Shown here one piece after another: positions 6,755 through 15,153 of a DNA stretch of 24,000 bases (the first letter of the stretch is position 1; each line of letters starts with the position of its first letter). The stretch comes from Methanobacteriota archaeon (GTDB taxonomy: Archaea; Halobacteriota; Methanosarcinia; Methanosarcinales; Methanosarcinaceae): contig JAENZL010000006.1 in assembly GCA_016841265.1 (NCBI GenBank), positions 27,378 through 51,377 of the forward strand, in the 5' to 3' direction. The translations under genes were made by a program, and so were the position numbers. Under the pieces are notes generated by a model. That model did no database searches and was not told where the DNA came from. It was given only the letters and a program-made list of their open reading frames with translations.

Positions 6755-8575
6755 ATGAAAAACGAGATCAAACAGCCTATAAGACAGAGATTAAAAAAGG
6801 GATTGAAGCAGGGGTTGAGGCAAGAACCAAAACGGGGATTGAAACAGGGAATGATCTTCACTGTACTCATCCTCATGCTCGTTGCAAACGTGCTTCCCGC
6901 GGGAGCGGCAGGAAGCGGGGATGCGGGAGAAAGCTTCCCGATGTCAAAGGCCGAGCTTTCGGATGCTATCATCCTGTACATGAAAGTCCTGTACCTGGGA
7001 GAAGAAGGAGAACTGCCTGAAGCGGAGTTTCTTGCCGGGGCAGCAACCGCATACCTGGAGCAGGCTACTGAATCCGATGGTTCGGTTCTGAAAATAGCGA
7101 CCCCAAGCGTGATAAAATCCGCATCCTTCATAGGGGATTCCAGCCTTGGAGTTTTCGCCCACCTCTCAAACCCGCCCCTCATGAAAATGGATGCTGAAGG
7201 GCACCTTGTAGGGCAGCTGGCAGAAAGCTATGAGGTTTCGGAAAATAACACACAGTGGACCTTCTACATCCGGGACAACCTTTACTGGAGCGATGGGGAA
7301 AAAGTAACCCCGGAAGACGTTGATTTTTCCATCCGCTACTACGGGAAAGAGACCCCCTGGGCAAGGTGGATCAACGACACCCTGGAAAGCTCCACGGTTT
7401 CGGAAGCCGACAACTCCGTGACCTTCAAATTCAACAAGCCCTACACCCGAATCAACCTGGAATTCGCGACCTATAATATCCTGCCCGCCCATGTATGGGA
7501 ATCAATCGAGAGCCCAATGGAATACGTAAACGAAGGTCCCTATGTGGGCTGCGGGCCCTACTACCTTGAACTGATAGACCTCAATGCAGGAAAACTCGTT
7601 TTCGAGAAAAACCCGTACTGGAAAGGAAAAGCTCCGGCATTCGGAAACGTGGAGGTCCATTACTACTCGAATGTGGACGTCGCCACCCTGTCCCTTGAAA
7701 AAGGAGATGTGGATACCTATTACAAGTACGCAGGGTCCTACCCCTACCCAAACATAGAGCAGCTTGAAAAGGCCGGGAATTTCGAATTCCTTGAAAAAAC
7801 AAACATCGGACTTGTCTTCCTGGCCCCGAACCTTAAGAAAGCCCCCCTCTCTGACCTTGAGTTCAGGGAAGCGCTTTCCTACGCCATAAATTATGAGGAA
7901 CTCGTCAGGCTTGAAACCCTTGGCTATGGGGATGTCCCGAACCGCGGTTTTGTGCCCCCGCCCATGGAAGCTTTCAAGGAAACCGAAAAGCTTGAGTACA
8001 ACCCTGAAAAGGCGAGAACGACCCTAGAAAAAGCAGGATATACAGACAGCAACGGAAACGGCATCCTTGAAGGCAAAGACGGGAAAGACATCGAACTTGA
8101 AATCCTGATAAGGACTGACTATGCCCGCACGGGAGAACTGCTCAAGGAATACCTGGAAGAAGTTGGCCTTGCCACAGAACTCAGGACAGTCAACACGGAG
8201 ACCTGGTTTACCCTGAAGGACAGCTATGCCTATGACCTGACCGTCACCCGTTCAACCCCCTGGGGCATGCTCATGCACGCAAGCTGGGGAAGCGGGTACT
8301 TCGATTCCAGAAGAACCGGGCAGGGAGTCATGCACAACGTGGACGACCCCGAGTTCCTGGAACTCTGCGACGAGATCCTGGCAACAACGGACCCTGCAGA
8401 ACTTGAAACCTGTGCCTACGAGCTTCAGGACTACTATGCAGAAGAGCTGCCCGTAATTCCCCTCTACTGGAACAACGTGGTAACCCCATTCAACCGGGAA
8501 TTCGAAGGCTGGTACGCCGACCCCCTCTACGGGATCTACAACCTGGAAAACTTCGTGAATGTACATGAGGTCTGA
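6755..8575 (+). CDS. ABC transporter substrate-binding protein, family 5 (peptide/nickel, DppA/OppA/NikA type)
   Basis: The ORF is open from 6704, but ATG at 6755 is preceded by gaggagg (6741-6747). It has a basic repeat N-terminus and the signal anchor 'MIFTVLILMLVANVLPAGAAG'. Family-5-like segments include 'NPPLMKMDAEGHLVGQLAESYEVSENNTQWTFYIRDNLYWSDGEKVTPEDV' and 'NILPAHVWE'. Cognate permease and ATPase genes follow. Confidence 0.85.
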   Translation: MKNEIKQPIRQRLKKGLKQGLRQEPKRGLKQGMIFTVLILMLVANVLPAGAAGSGDAGESFPMSKAELSDAIILYMKVLYLGEEGELPEAEFLAGAATAYLEQATESDGSVLKIATPSVIKSASFIGDSSLGVFAHLSNPPLMKMDAEGHLVGQLAESYEVSENNTQWTFYIRDNLYWSDGEKVTPEDVDFSIRYYGKETPWARWINDTLESSTVSEADNSVTFKFNKPYTRINLEFATYNILPAHVWESIESPMEYVNEGPYVGCGPYYLELIDLNAGKLVFEKNPYWKGKAPAFGNVEVHYYSNVDVATLSLEKGDVDTYYKYAGSYPYPNIEQLEKAGNFEFLEKTNIGLVFLAPNLKKAPLSDLEFREALSYAINYEELVRLETLGYGDVPNRGFVPPPMEAFKETEKLEYNPEKARTTLEKAGYTDSNGNGILEGKDGKDIELEILIRTDYARTGELLKEYLEEVGLATELRTVNTETWFTLKDSYAYDLTVTRSTPWGMLMHASWGSGYFDSRRTGQGVMHNVDDPEFLELCDEILATTDPAELETCAYELQDYYAEELPVIPLYWNNVVTPFNREFEGWYADPLYGIYNLENFVNVHEV

Positions 8576-8645
8576 GGTAGGAGCAGCTTCCGGATGACAG
8601 TACTTTGAAAAAGGCAAGGAAGTTTGAAAACAGGAAGGTGATACA

Positions 8646-9593
8646 ATGCATGAAGCGGCAAAAAAAACGTTCAGATATGTGGCCTCCTTTCTCCTCATAG
8701 TTACCCTCAACTTTGCGCTCCCCAGGCTCATGCCGGGGGACCCCGTAAAGAACCTCATAGGAGAGGATGTCTACGTTTCTGAGGCTGTAATGGAGGAGCT
8801 GAGAACCGAGATGGGACTGAACAGGCCACTCTACGAGCAGTTTACAGCTTACATCGGAGACCTGCTCCGCTTTGACCTGGGCTACTCATATCACCTTCAC
8901 AGCCCCGTGGCCGAGATTTTGAGGGAGAGGATTGTCTGGACCCTCCTTTTTGTAGGGGTTTCCGTGCTCCTGGGAGCAGCCCTAGGAACCCTGTTTGGGG
9001 CATATGCAGGCTGGAAACCCGAAACAAAGGCAAATCGTCTCGCATGCTGCGGATTTATTGCACTTTCCTGCACACCTCCTTATTTTCTTGCCCTGCTTTT
9101 CCTTGAGATCTTTGCCTTCAAGCTCGGGCTTTTTCCTTTCAAGGGCTTTTATGACGTCCCGACCCCGGGAAGTATTGCACACCACATGTTTTTACCGGTA
9201 ACCGTGATGGCCCTCTTTTCCGCCTCAAGGAATTTCCTGATAATGCGGGGGAGTGTCATACAGGAAAAAGGGCAGCTTTACGCCCTCTATGCCCGGGCAA
9301 AAGGTCTTTACGACATATCCATCCTTTTCAGACACGTTATAAAGAATGCATCCCTTCCGATCATTACCCTGCTTGCCCTTGATTTCGGGTTTCTTTTCAG
9401 CGGAGCCCTTTTTACCGAGATCGTTTTCTCCTTAAACGGCATGGGAACCCTCATTTATGATGCAATAATCGGAAAGGATTACCCGGTCCTCCAGGGTTCG
9501 TTTCTGGTAGTAGCCCTTGCTGTCCTGCTTGCAAACATGCTTGCGGACCTGGCATATGCAATTGCCGACCCGAGAGTGAGGAGGCCGGCATGA
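8646..9593 (+). CDS. ABC transporter permease (DppB/NikB type)
   Basis: 315 aa. RBS ggaaggtga lies upstream. The N-terminus 'FLLIVTLNFALPRLMPGDPVKNLIG' is typical of this family, and multiple TM segments are present. Confidence 0.9.
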   Translation: MHEAAKKTFRYVASFLLIVTLNFALPRLMPGDPVKNLIGEDVYVSEAVMEELRTEMGLNRPLYEQFTAYIGDLLRFDLGYSYHLHSPVAEILRERIVWTLLFVGVSVLLGAALGTLFGAYAGWKPETKANRLACCGFIALSCTPPYFLALLFLEIFAFKLGLFPFKGFYDVPTPGSIAHHMFLPVTVMALFSASRNFLIMRGSVIQEKGQLYALYARAKGLYDISILFRHVIKNASLPIITLLALDFGFLFSGALFTEIVFSLNGMGTLIYDAIIGKDYPVLQGSFLVVALAVLLANMLADLAYAIADPRVRRPA

Positions 9594-10576
9594 TGCAGGA
9601 GGAAGCGTACATAGGAGAAAACACCACCCAGGAAAGCAAAATCCGGAAAAGTACCATTCAGGAAAGTATTATTCAGGAAAGTACTATTCAGGAAAATACC
9701 CGGCAGTGGAATGATTTTCGATCCCTTAATTTAGACCTTGATATCAGGAAATACGGAAAAAACCTGAAAAGATTCAATAGAGGAGGGCTTTTTCTCTTTA
9801 CTTTTTTCCTCATCCTTGCCCTTATTCCTGCCCTTTTTGCTCCCTACTCCCCGACCGAGCGTTTCATTCCATACGAAGCCCCATCAACTGCCCACCTTCT
9901 GGGGACAAACGATATAGGAAATGACATACTCTCGGAACTGGTTTACGGGGCAAGAATCTCGATGATGGTGGGTTTTGCCTCAGCCTGCATTTCAACCTTA
10001 ATAGGCCTCATGATAGGACTTTTGTCAGGTTACTTCAGGGGGACACTTGATGAACTGCTTATGGGCTTCACCGACGTTGTCCTGATAATCCCGAAAATTC
10101 CCCTGATCATAATCCTGGGAGCATTCCTCCGCCCGAGCATCTGGATCCTGATCCTCGTCCTGGGACTGCTTTCCTGGGAGTCAATTGCCAGGATTGTCCG
10201 CTCAAAAACCCTGCAGATAAGGGAAGCAGGCTATGTCAAAAGTGCCCGATGCATGGGCTTTTCCCCATTTCACATCATGGTATCGGACATCTTCCCGAAC
10301 CTCGTCCACGTCCTGCTGCCCAAATTCATGCTGGCGACGGCTTCGGCAATGATTTCGGAAGCCTCACTTTCCTTCCTGGGACTCGGGGACATAAGCATGA
10401 AAAGCTGGGGGATCATGCTTTCCTTTGCCTTTTCCAGAGGTGGTTTTATCAGGGAAATGTGGTGGTGGTACCTGCCCCCGGGAGTTTGCATCACGCTCTG
10501 TGTAATGTCCATCGCACTGATAGGTTTCGGGTTTGAAGGAAGAGAAAAAGAAAAAAGAGGAGTGGATGCGGAATGA
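9590..10576 (+). CDS. ABC transporter permease (DppC/NikC type) with a repeat-containing N-terminal extension
   Basis: 328 aa. Its start overlaps the upstream stop by 4 nt (ATGA). 'HLLGTNDIGNDILSELVYGARISMMVG' is typical of DppC-like permeases. The N-terminus carries the 'TIQES/IIQES/TIQEN' repeats. Confidence 0.9.
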   Translation: MMQEEAYIGENTTQESKIRKSTIQESIIQESTIQENTRQWNDFRSLNLDLDIRKYGKNLKRFNRGGLFLFTFFLILALIPALFAPYSPTERFIPYEAPSTAHLLGTNDIGNDILSELVYGARISMMVGFASACISTLIGLMIGLLSGYFRGTLDELLMGFTDVVLIIPKIPLIIILGAFLRPSIWILILVLGLLSWESIARIVRSKTLQIREAGYVKSARCMGFSPFHIMVSDIFPNLVHVLLPKFMLATASAMISEASLSFLGLGDISMKSWGIMLSFAFSRGGFIREMWWWYLPPGVCITLCVMSIALIGFGFEGREKEKRGVDAE

Positions 10577-11619
10577 ACACCCTGCTGGAAGTAAAAGATC
10601 TCAACGTTTCTTTCCAGGGAAATGAGAACGAGAATAAAACCGGGAATAAATCAGAGAATAAAAACGAAACCGTTACCGCTGTTTCCTGCCTTTCAATTTC
10701 CATAAGGGAAAAAGAAACTCTGGCCCTCGTAGGGGAGACTGGCTGCGGGAAATCCGTTGTTGCACACGCGATTATGCGGCTACTTCCCCCGGAATCCATA
10801 GTAAAAGGTACAATAGAATTCAAAGGCAAAAACCTCCTCAAACTGAGCGAAAAAGAGATGGCAAAGCTCAGGGGAAAAGAAATCTCCATTATTTTCCAGA
10901 ACCCTTCTCTCGCTTTAAATCCCGTATATTCAATAGGGCACCAGCTTGCAGAACCCCTCCGAATTCATACGCAGAAAATGAGGTGGAAGGAAAAAGAAGG
11001 GAAAAAAGAAAAGGTGAAGCAGAAAGAAAAAAGAGAGAAAAAAAAGGAGAATTCCAACCTCTCAAAAGTCTCAAGAGCCCTTAAACGAGTGGGTTTTTCA
11101 AATCCCCGTGAATACATGGGATATTATCCCTCCTGGTGTTCCGGAGGGATGAACCAGCGCTTTTTGATTGCGGCTTCAACCATGCTTGACCCCGTCCTCC
11201 TTATAGCAGACGAACCCAGCAAAGGGCTCGACAGGGACCGCGTATCCGAGCTGGAAAACGAGCTGAAGGGACTGAAAGAAAAGAGTGAAACTTCCCTGCT
11301 TCTGATAAGCCACGACCTCGGTTTTGTGCGGCGGCTTGCGGACAGGGTTGCCGTAATGTATGCCGGAGAAATCGTAGAGATTGCTGATCCATCAAGCCTT
11401 TTTGAGAGCCCGCTCCACCCCTACACCCGGGGGCTCCTGAACAGCCTGCCTGAAAGAGGTTTTGTACCCATACCCGGGGCCTCCCCACCCCTCAGCAACC
11501 CGCCTGCGGGCTGCAGGTTCCATCCGAGATGTCCTATTAAGGAAAAACGCTGCACGCAGGAACGCCCCGAACTTAAAGAAAGCAATGGAAGGGCAGTGAG
11601 GTGTTTTTTGTGTCCCTGA
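10573..11619 (+). CDS. ABC transporter ATP-binding protein (DppD/NikD type) with atypical motifs and Lys/Glu-rich inserts
   Basis: 348 aa with an ATGA overlap to the permease. Walker A is 'GETGCGKS', the signature-like motif is 'CSGGMNQR', the Walker B-like motif is 'LLIADEPSKGLD' and the H-loop is 'LLISHDLG'. The C-terminal oligopeptide-type domain contains 'HPYTRGLL...CRFHPRCP'. Confidence 0.9.
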   Translation: MNTLLEVKDLNVSFQGNENENKTGNKSENKNETVTAVSCLSISIREKETLALVGETGCGKSVVAHAIMRLLPPESIVKGTIEFKGKNLLKLSEKEMAKLRGKEISIIFQNPSLALNPVYSIGHQLAEPLRIHTQKMRWKEKEGKKEKVKQKEKREKKKENSNLSKVSRALKRVGFSNPREYMGYYPSWCSGGMNQRFLIAASTMLDPVLLIADEPSKGLDRDRVSELENELKGLKEKSETSLLLISHDLGFVRRLADRVAVMYAGEIVEIADPSSLFESPLHPYTRGLLNSLPERGFVPIPGASPPLSNPPAGCRFHPRCPIKEKRCTQERPELKESNGRAVRCFLCP

Positions 11620-12299
11620 AAGCCGAAAACCTCTCAAAGACATACGGGTCCGGCCTGCTAGGAAAAGGAAAATGCATTTTCCGGGACGTATCGTTTGAAC
11701 TTGAACCCGGGCAAACCTGCGGGCTGATGGGCCCCTCGGGAGAAGGAAAGAGCACACTCGGAAGAATTATTGCAGGGCTTGAAAGTCCTACGGCGGGCAC
11801 GATTCATTTCAAGGATAGTCCGCTTTCCGGGATGAAAAAGGCCGAATACGCAACTTTCCGCCGCAGGGTCCAGATGATGTTCCAGGACCCAACTGACGCT
11901 TTTAACCCGAGGAAGCGGATTGAGCATTCGATTTCCGAAGTCCTTAAGCTGCTCGACACCCCTGGAACCGAGCGCATCAGGCGCACAAAAGAAATGCTAA
12001 AGACCATAGGCCTCCCCGAAGAAGTACTTGCCCGCTACCCGGCCCAGCTCTCGGGCGGCCAGCTCCAGCGTCTTGCCCTTGGCAGGATCCTCCTGCTAGA
12101 ACCGGAATACATTGTACTTGACGAGCCGACCTCGGCCCTTGACGTCTCGGTCCAGGCCCAGATTCTCCACCTGTTGAAAAAAGTGCAGGCCGAACAGGGA
12201 ATCGGCTACCTCCTGATCTCCCATGACGAAGCCGTTGTCCGCTTCATGTCGGGGAAGATGGGAATGCTTGAAAACGGGAAACTGAAAGTTTTTGAGTGA
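11601..12299 (+). CDS. ABC transporter ATP-binding protein (DppF/NikE type, short form)
   Basis: 232 aa. Walker A is 'GPSGEGKST', the signature is 'LSGGQLQRLALGR', Walker B is 'IVLDEPTSALD' and the H-loop is 'LLISHD'. The start is GTG at 11601, or GTG at 11610, which is better spaced from gaggtg at 11598-11603. Confidence 0.9.
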   Translation: MFFVSLKAENLSKTYGSGLLGKGKCIFRDVSFELEPGQTCGLMGPSGEGKSTLGRIIAGLESPTAGTIHFKDSPLSGMKKAEYATFRRRVQMMFQDPTDAFNPRKRIEHSISEVLKLLDTPGTERIRRTKEMLKTIGLPEEVLARYPAQLSGGQLQRLALGRILLLEPEYIVLDEPTSALDVSVQAQILHLLKKVQAEQGIGYLLISHDEAVVRFMSGKMGMLENGKLKVFE

Positions 12300-12363
12300 A
12301 TTTTTTTGAGTGAACTTTTTTGAGTGAGTGGATTTTATTGAGTGAGTGGATTTTATTGAGTAA
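12292..12363. repeat. Tandem repeats duplicating the last codons plus stop codon of the ABC ATPase gene
   Basis: The CDS ends ...gtttttgagTGA (stop at 12297-12299). Downstream come atttttttgagtga (12300-12313), acttttttgagtga (12314-12327), gtggattttattgagtga (12328-12345) and gtggattttattgagtaa (12346-12363). Confidence 0.9.
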
Positions 12364-12496
12364 CTTCCATTCAAAATCTGCACCGTTTCAATCAAAACAT
12401 CAATCTACACTCCATTTTTACGTATTATTTTATTCAATATTGAGAGGTGAAGGAAAAAAGGAAGGGGAGAAAGAAAAGGACCCCAGACCTCAAACT

Positions 12497-13222
12497 TCAA
12501 ACTTCAAATAACTCAAGAATAGCTTCCGGACTTTCGAGAACAGTGATTCCCTGCAGGCTTTTCATGATCTCAACATTCCTCATGTCCACGTCTCGGACCA
12601 GGACATCCACAGGTCCGCCCTTGATCGCGGAATAGGGGCAGAGTTCCTTACAGATCCCGCAGCCCTTGCAATTCAGGAGGTCAATCTGATCCGTGACCCC
12701 ATTCCTTTCGGTGATGGCGCCGTGGGGGCAGTTATCCCGCGGAGGGCAGTCCTCGCAGTGCTGGCACTGTTTCCGGTCTATATTGTAAGGCATCTCAGAG
12801 ACGATCGAGCCTTCGATATCCACAGGCACAACGTAGACCGGAACCCTGCCTTTCACAGCCTGGGCAACGGCGTTCGTAACCAGGGAGTCGGCAATCCCGT
12901 AGGCGATCTTCGAAACCGTGTTTGAGGTCGCAGGCGTAATAAAGAGGGCATCGTACCTGTCAAGGAGGAAACGCCCCACCTTGGGAGAACTCGATCCCTG
13001 TTCACTTTCCCGGAAAATCTCTTCAAGATAGTCTCCACCTGAGATCTTAACCAGTTTCTGCTCAAGCCCGTACATCCGCAGGACTTCCTCGGCAGCCCTT
13101 GAGACATAGGTATTCACGGAAATATCCCTATCTTTGAGCTTGAGCTCCTTGAAGACCTGGTAGCTCCGGTCCAGGAAATGTCCCGCACCGGTAATGCCCC
13201 ATGAGATTCTCTGAAAATTCAT
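12497..13222 (-). CDS. dmrX: Iron-sulfur flavoprotein of the archaeal dihydromethanopterin reductase (DmrX) type
   Basis: 241 aa. The N-terminal flavoprotein (HFCD-like) fold shows 'WGITGAGHF' and 'FITPATSNTVSKIAYGIADSLVTNA'. The C-terminus has two ferredoxin-type motifs, 'CQHCEDCPPRDNCPHGAI' and 'CKGCGICKELCPYSAI'. This architecture matches what I recall of the DmrX enzyme characterised in M. mazei. Confidence 0.75.
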   Translation of the reverse strand: MNFQRISWGITGAGHFLDRSYQVFKELKLKDRDISVNTYVSRAAEEVLRMYGLEQKLVKISGGDYLEEIFRESEQGSSSPKVGRFLLDRYDALFITPATSNTVSKIAYGIADSLVTNAVAQAVKGRVPVYVVPVDIEGSIVSEMPYNIDRKQCQHCEDCPPRDNCPHGAITERNGVTDQIDLLNCKGCGICKELCPYSAIKGGPVDVLVRDVDMRNVEIMKSLQGITVLESPEAILELFEV

Positions 13223-13271
13223 GTAAAGGACTCATGAAAGAGGGGGATAATATAATTTTCTAAACAGAAAG

Positions 13272-13322
13272 CAAAAAACGCAGAAAAACGAAAAACGCAG
13301 AAAAACGAAAAACGCAGAAAAA
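13272..13322 (-). terminator. 17-bp tandem repeat (about 3 units) that forms repeated oligo-T tracts on the minus strand, downstream of the DUF447 gene
   Basis: On the plus strand the unit is cgcagaaaaacgaaaaa, at 13279-13295 and 13296-13312, with a partial third copy. On the minus strand this reads tttttcgtttttctgcg repeatedly. Archaeal termination uses oligo-T runs. Confidence 0.5.
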
Positions 13323-13390
13323 GATCAGGGTTGTCAAAGGAGCGAGAGATGTCAAAGAAATGAGGAAATCAGAGAACTCAAACAAGAACC

Positions 13391-14029
13391 TTAAATCCCA
13401 AGCACTTCATAAAGCAGTTCCATCGCCTGCGTCTCTTTTTCGCCTCCGCATTTGGAAGCCAGAATTTCGTAATGTCGGATCCATTTCAGGTATTTTTCGT
13501 CCCCTGAGAGCTGGTAACGGGTTGCGTGCACGGCTGCCTCAAGCACGGCATTAAAACCGCGGTTCGGAACCGGAAAAATATTTATATCCCTTTCCCTGCG
13601 GCCTGAAGCCAGGTAGACCAGGTCTGTTACCACGGCGTGGTCCGTATTTTTCATGTTTGCACATTGAAAAACAACCCATGCGGACGCTTCTTTAAGGACG
13701 GGAAATTTGCGGCCATCCACGACCACGAACGTGAACTCCGAAAGGTCAAGGTCGAAAAAAGTGGACCGCACAAGGAGCAGAGGGTCATAAACAATATTTG
13801 CAGCAAGGTAACGTTCTTTCGAAACATTTTCCCAGGTATGACTGCCTTTGAAGAGCCGGACAAAAGTTTTCCCGTTTTTCCTGATTATACCGATAGGCGC
13901 GGCATTTGGTACATCAAACCCGGTAGTCACGATCGTTTCGGAAATTCCTTCATTGATTCCGAATGTGGAAAGGTCGGAATCGGGAATAATGTACTCGTAG
14001 TCCTCACATTCAAGTTCATTTTCGGTCAA
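13391..14029 (-). CDS. DUF447-like protein (FMN-binding split-barrel-like), tetrahydromethanopterin-biosynthesis-associated
   Basis: 212 aa. 'GISETIVTTGFDVPNAAPIGI' resembles the conserved N-terminus of DUF447 proteins. The only start upstream of that conserved segment that I can identify is TTG at 14029, which overlaps the upstream stop by 4 nt (TTGA). Context is the CitG-like and dmrX genes. Confidence 0.65.
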   Translation of the reverse strand: MTENELECEDYEYIIPDSDLSTFGINEGISETIVTTGFDVPNAAPIGIIRKNGKTFVRLFKGSHTWENVSKERYLAANIVYDPLLLVRSTFFDLDLSEFTFVVVDGRKFPVLKEASAWVVFQCANMKNTDHAVVTDLVYLASGRRERDINIFPVPNRGFNAVLEAAVHATRYQLSGDEKYLKWIRHYEILASKCGGEKETQAMELLYEVLGI

Positions 14030-15153
14030 AAACGGAGTCCTCCAAGTAAAGCGATGAAAAGTCCGGCGATAATGATGTCGGCAGTAGAACCGGGATTAAT
14101 CCCTTTTTCAAGAAGCTCGGAATCAAAATCTCTTACCGCGGGCAGCAGGGAAGAGAAATCCCGATTTTCCAAAGGACAATCATAAAAACCATTCGAAGGG
14201 TAATCCGGGGGGCAATCGGAACCCGAAGAGCAATCTAAGGAATAATCGGAATCCGAGGGGCAACAGGAGCCTTTTTTCTCCCATTCCGAAAGGATCTCGC
14301 GAGCCCTGGAAGAAACACGGTCCGCAGTGTCGGCATCGAACTTTGTCTGGATAAAGGTGTCCCTGTGCCTGGAAAGCAGTCTAAGGAATGTGTATACCAC
14401 GGCTTCATTAATCCCGGTGCCGGAACAATTGGGCAGGGGATTTACGCAGTCCCCATTCCGGGCATGCATGAACCCCAGGACAGTTCTTGCGCCTTCAAGG
14501 CAACGCCTGAAACCTGTTGTCCACTCATTTGCGATCAGGTCGTAGCCCTTTGAGATCTCCATCAGGTCGTAAAGGGTTACGGCCTTTTCACAAAGAGCCC
14601 CGGGGGATTCCGTGTCTTTAAGGTCAAATTCCTCCACACTGTTTACCCGGACGCCTGCGGCCCCGAAAGCCCTGTAGAACTCTACCGCGTCCTCACAGTC
14701 CGTCTCCCGGACGAAAACAAGAGCCCTGTCGGCCAGGCTTTCCAGGTCCCCTTGTTCAAGCTTGTGAAAACCGTTTTCAGGCTTTTTACCTGCAAGAATT
14801 TCCCCCGCAGCCATGGCAAGGGGAATGAGTAAAAGAAAAGCCCCGAAATGGGTGTTGCCTCCATTCTGCCAGGCGGCACTCTCGTAGACTGCTGTTTTTA
14901 TGAGGGAACCAATCCCTTTCCTGCTCCTTGCAGCCTGTTCGAGAGCAGGGTACACGCCCACGGAGGAAGCCACGAAATGTTCAAAACAGGTATCAGGGTA
15001 ATCATGTTCTCGGTCCACGTTCCCGGGCTTGGGGGAAGCCGAGACCTCCAGCAGCATGGCAAGCTGGGCACAGCGGGCGATGTGACCGGAAACGTGGAGA
15101 GAAGATTCCCTACCGGCCAGATGGCCGGGCATATCATAGTTTTCAGGATTCAT
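14026..15153 (-). CDS. CitG-like (triphosphoribosyl-dephospho-CoA synthase family) protein with a Cys/Ser/Asp-rich insert
   Basis: 375 aa. 'SASPKPGNVDR' near the N-terminus and 'NPGSTADIIIAG' near the C-terminus match the hallmark CitG-family motifs. The insert 'GSCCPSDSDYSLDCSSGSDCPPDYPSNGFYDCPLE' covers aa ~295-330. Confidence 0.75.
   Translation of the reverse strand: MNPENYDMPGHLAGRESSLHVSGHIARCAQLAMLLEVSASPKPGNVDREHDYPDTCFEHFVASSVGVYPALEQAARSRKGIGSLIKTAVYESAAWQNGGNTHFGAFLLLIPLAMAAGEILAGKKPENGFHKLEQGDLESLADRALVFVRETDCEDAVEFYRAFGAAGVRVNSVEEFDLKDTESPGALCEKAVTLYDLMEISKGYDLIANEWTTGFRRCLEGARTVLGFMHARNGDCVNPLPNCSGTGINEAVVYTFLRLLSRHRDTFIQTKFDADTADRVSSRAREILSEWEKKGSCCPSDSDYSLDCSSGSDCPPDYPSNGFYDCPLENRDFSSLLPAVRDFDSELLEKGINPGSTADIIIAGLFIALLGGLRF

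Noticed and set aside
6523-7182. 219-aa minus-strand ORF overlapping the end of the surface-protein gene and the start of the SBP gene
   Set aside because: It is antisense to two well-supported plus-strand genes and has a low-complexity Ser/Pro/Ala/Arg composition.
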